From NCBI GenBank assembly GCA_963745075.1, contig CAVUWV010000001.1:224001-288000 (forward strand): a stretch of 64,000 nucleotides of DNA. The letters are read 5' to 3'. The notes under the pieces were generated by a model. That model searched no databases and was not told the DNA's origin. It worked only from the letters and a program-made list of their open reading frames with translations. The DNA comes from Candidatus Hydrogenedentota bacterium (GTDB lineage Bacteria; Hydrogenedentota; Hydrogenedentia; Hydrogenedentales; SLHB01). Each line of letters opens with the position of its first letter. Position 1 is the first letter of the stretch. The position numbers and the translations under genes are program-made. Below are positions 62,402-64,000 of the stretch, piece after piece.

Positions 62402-64000
62402 ATGAACGCCAACGACGCCATCTACCTCGAACGCTGGATCCACCACCGCGAACCTGACGCGTTCCGCGAGATCGTCACCCGCTACGCAGGCATGGTTTAC
62501 GGCGCCGCCCGCCGCGTCCTCGGCGGCGCCGACGGCGCGGAAGACGTTGCCCAGGAGTGTTTCCAGACCCTTGCGACCGCCGAGAAAACTCCGTCCTCTT
62601 ACCTTGGCCCCTGGCTCCACCGTGTCGCGACAAACCTGGCACTCAAACGCGTACGCACCGATACCCGCCGCCGCGCGCGCGAAGAAGCGTACATCGCCGC
62701 ACAAACCACATCGGTCCAACCCACATGGGACGACATCTACGACCACGTGGACGAAGCCATCGCCTCATTGCCGGACGAAATGCGCGAACCCATCGTAGCC
62801 CATTACCTCGAGGGGTACAGCCAAACCGAGATCGCACGGGCACTCGCCATCCCCCGCCAAACCCTCACCAACCGCATCCACAAAGGCATCGACGAAATCC
62901 GAAAGACGCTCCGCCGACGCGGCATCGAAGTCGGAGGGGCGGCGTTAGGTACCCTGTTCGCAGCGCATCTCGCCGAAGCGGCGGTCGCGCCGGCGTCGCT
63001 ACGTGGGGCTGCCGGGAAAATCGCGTTGTCCGGCGCGCATCCGTCGGCAGCGGCAGCACCGGTGCGAAGGTTGCGGCCGCGGTCTCCGCGAAGTGGGTTG
63101 TTGGACTCGCGGCCTCGCTCGTTGTAGGGGTAGCTACGCTGACGTTGTTACCGAGATCACGTGCGTGGTTCTCGAATGAAACCGTACGGCCGGTAACCAC
63201 GCAATCGGATAGCTCCTCAGGGATTGCTGCTGAAACCGCTGACGTGTCACGGAGAGCGCTGGTGCAACCGCAAAAGGCGCCGGAAACTGTAGTAACGGCT
63301 GCGGCCCGCTCGCTTACTCAGGGTACTGTGTCGGGGAAGGTCTACGACGCCCAAACCGAATCTCCGATTGCCGGAGCATACGTGGTGCTTCGACGCTCCG
63401 ACCCCACGGGCGATAAGCCGCCGCTCACGGAAACCGGCAAGAATGGCGAATTCCGGTTCGACGGACTGCCGCTGGGCACATACACGTTGAATTACGCCAT
63501 GCTCGGTCTTCGAGAGCCCCCATCAAGCGAAGCCAAGACCATTCGCCTGACGCCCGATGAAAGCGCCGCGGCCATCGATTTTCCGGTAGTCATGGGGCCT
63601 CACCTCCACGGGCGCGTTGTCGATCCGGAGGGGCATCCGGTAGCCAAGGCGATGGTCTTTGGCATACGCAATCTAGGCAAGATCTCCGGACTCATCGTGC
63701 AAGACCTCTCCGCTGCCGATGGCACATTCGACCTCTACTTCGGCCACCAGCCTGAGCAGGTCCAATTGTTTGCCGGAACACACCCCGATCTCGGCGCGCA
63801 AGGCGACCGCTTGGCAAGCGATATCGTGGGGCCGTTCTATCCGAATGAAGACGGCACACCTGAAATCGAACTCAAGCTCCGTACAACGGCGACGATTTCC
63901 GGCACCGTTCTGGATACCGACGGTGTGCCGGTGGCGAATGCGCGTGTGATACCCCGAAGCAAGGGGGCGGGCGAGGGGACGGAAATGTGGCGACCCGCCG
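62402..64000 (+). CDS. ECF sigma factor fused to a TM helix and carboxypeptidase-regulatory-like repeats; frameshift near 63050; runs off the window
   Basis: AEDVAQECF, WLHRVA, YSQTEIARAL. The shifted frame gives KWVVGLAASLVVGV (TM), then VSGKVYD..PIAGA, LHGRVVDPEGHPVAKA, ISGTVLDTDGVPVANA. Confidence 0.82.

Noticed and set aside
61876..62457. 193-aa ORF between the ECF genes
   Set aside because: It spans repeat elements and shows no protein-like features.

Overview
GC-rich bacterial chromosome segment from a diderm (bamD, lptE). The gene repertoire suggests Candidatus Hydrogenedentes or a PVC-like lineage; this is inference, not tested. About 43 CDS are present. They include a GH-A glycoside hydrolase, glgX, an XPB-addB-addA-peptidase-oxidoreductase-glgX run, and an expanded NfeD/FloA locus. 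Next come PP2C-holA-lptE-bamD, an MFS transporter, and an alanine-glyoxylate aminotransferase with a divergent LysR. An accessory-looking block encodes a Ser/Thr kinase-TPR-WD40 protein, a large membrane protein and a 16x Sel1 protein. Further on are an NRAMP-family transporter, an output-less 7TM-PAS sensor, cysC, and an acidic pseudo-Hpt/coiled-coil gene followed by a stand-alone ftsA. The right part holds glgP, aroF-scpB-rluB, a HK/REC-GGDEF pair, an Ig-repeat surface protein, a PHP protein, an Ogl-like propeller and two divergent ECF sigma factors. Seven genes are broken by frameshifts, most likely long-read errors. I saw no rRNA, tRNA, CRISPR array, integrase or transposase. The best leads for new biology are: (1) an NrdR-box-like operator over the promoter of the pseudo-Hpt/coiled-coil + orphan ftsA pair; (2) a four-copy alternating inverted motif upstream of XPB-addBA; (3) a FloA-NfeD fusion inside a six-gene flotillin locus; (4) the kinase/membrane/Sel1 block.
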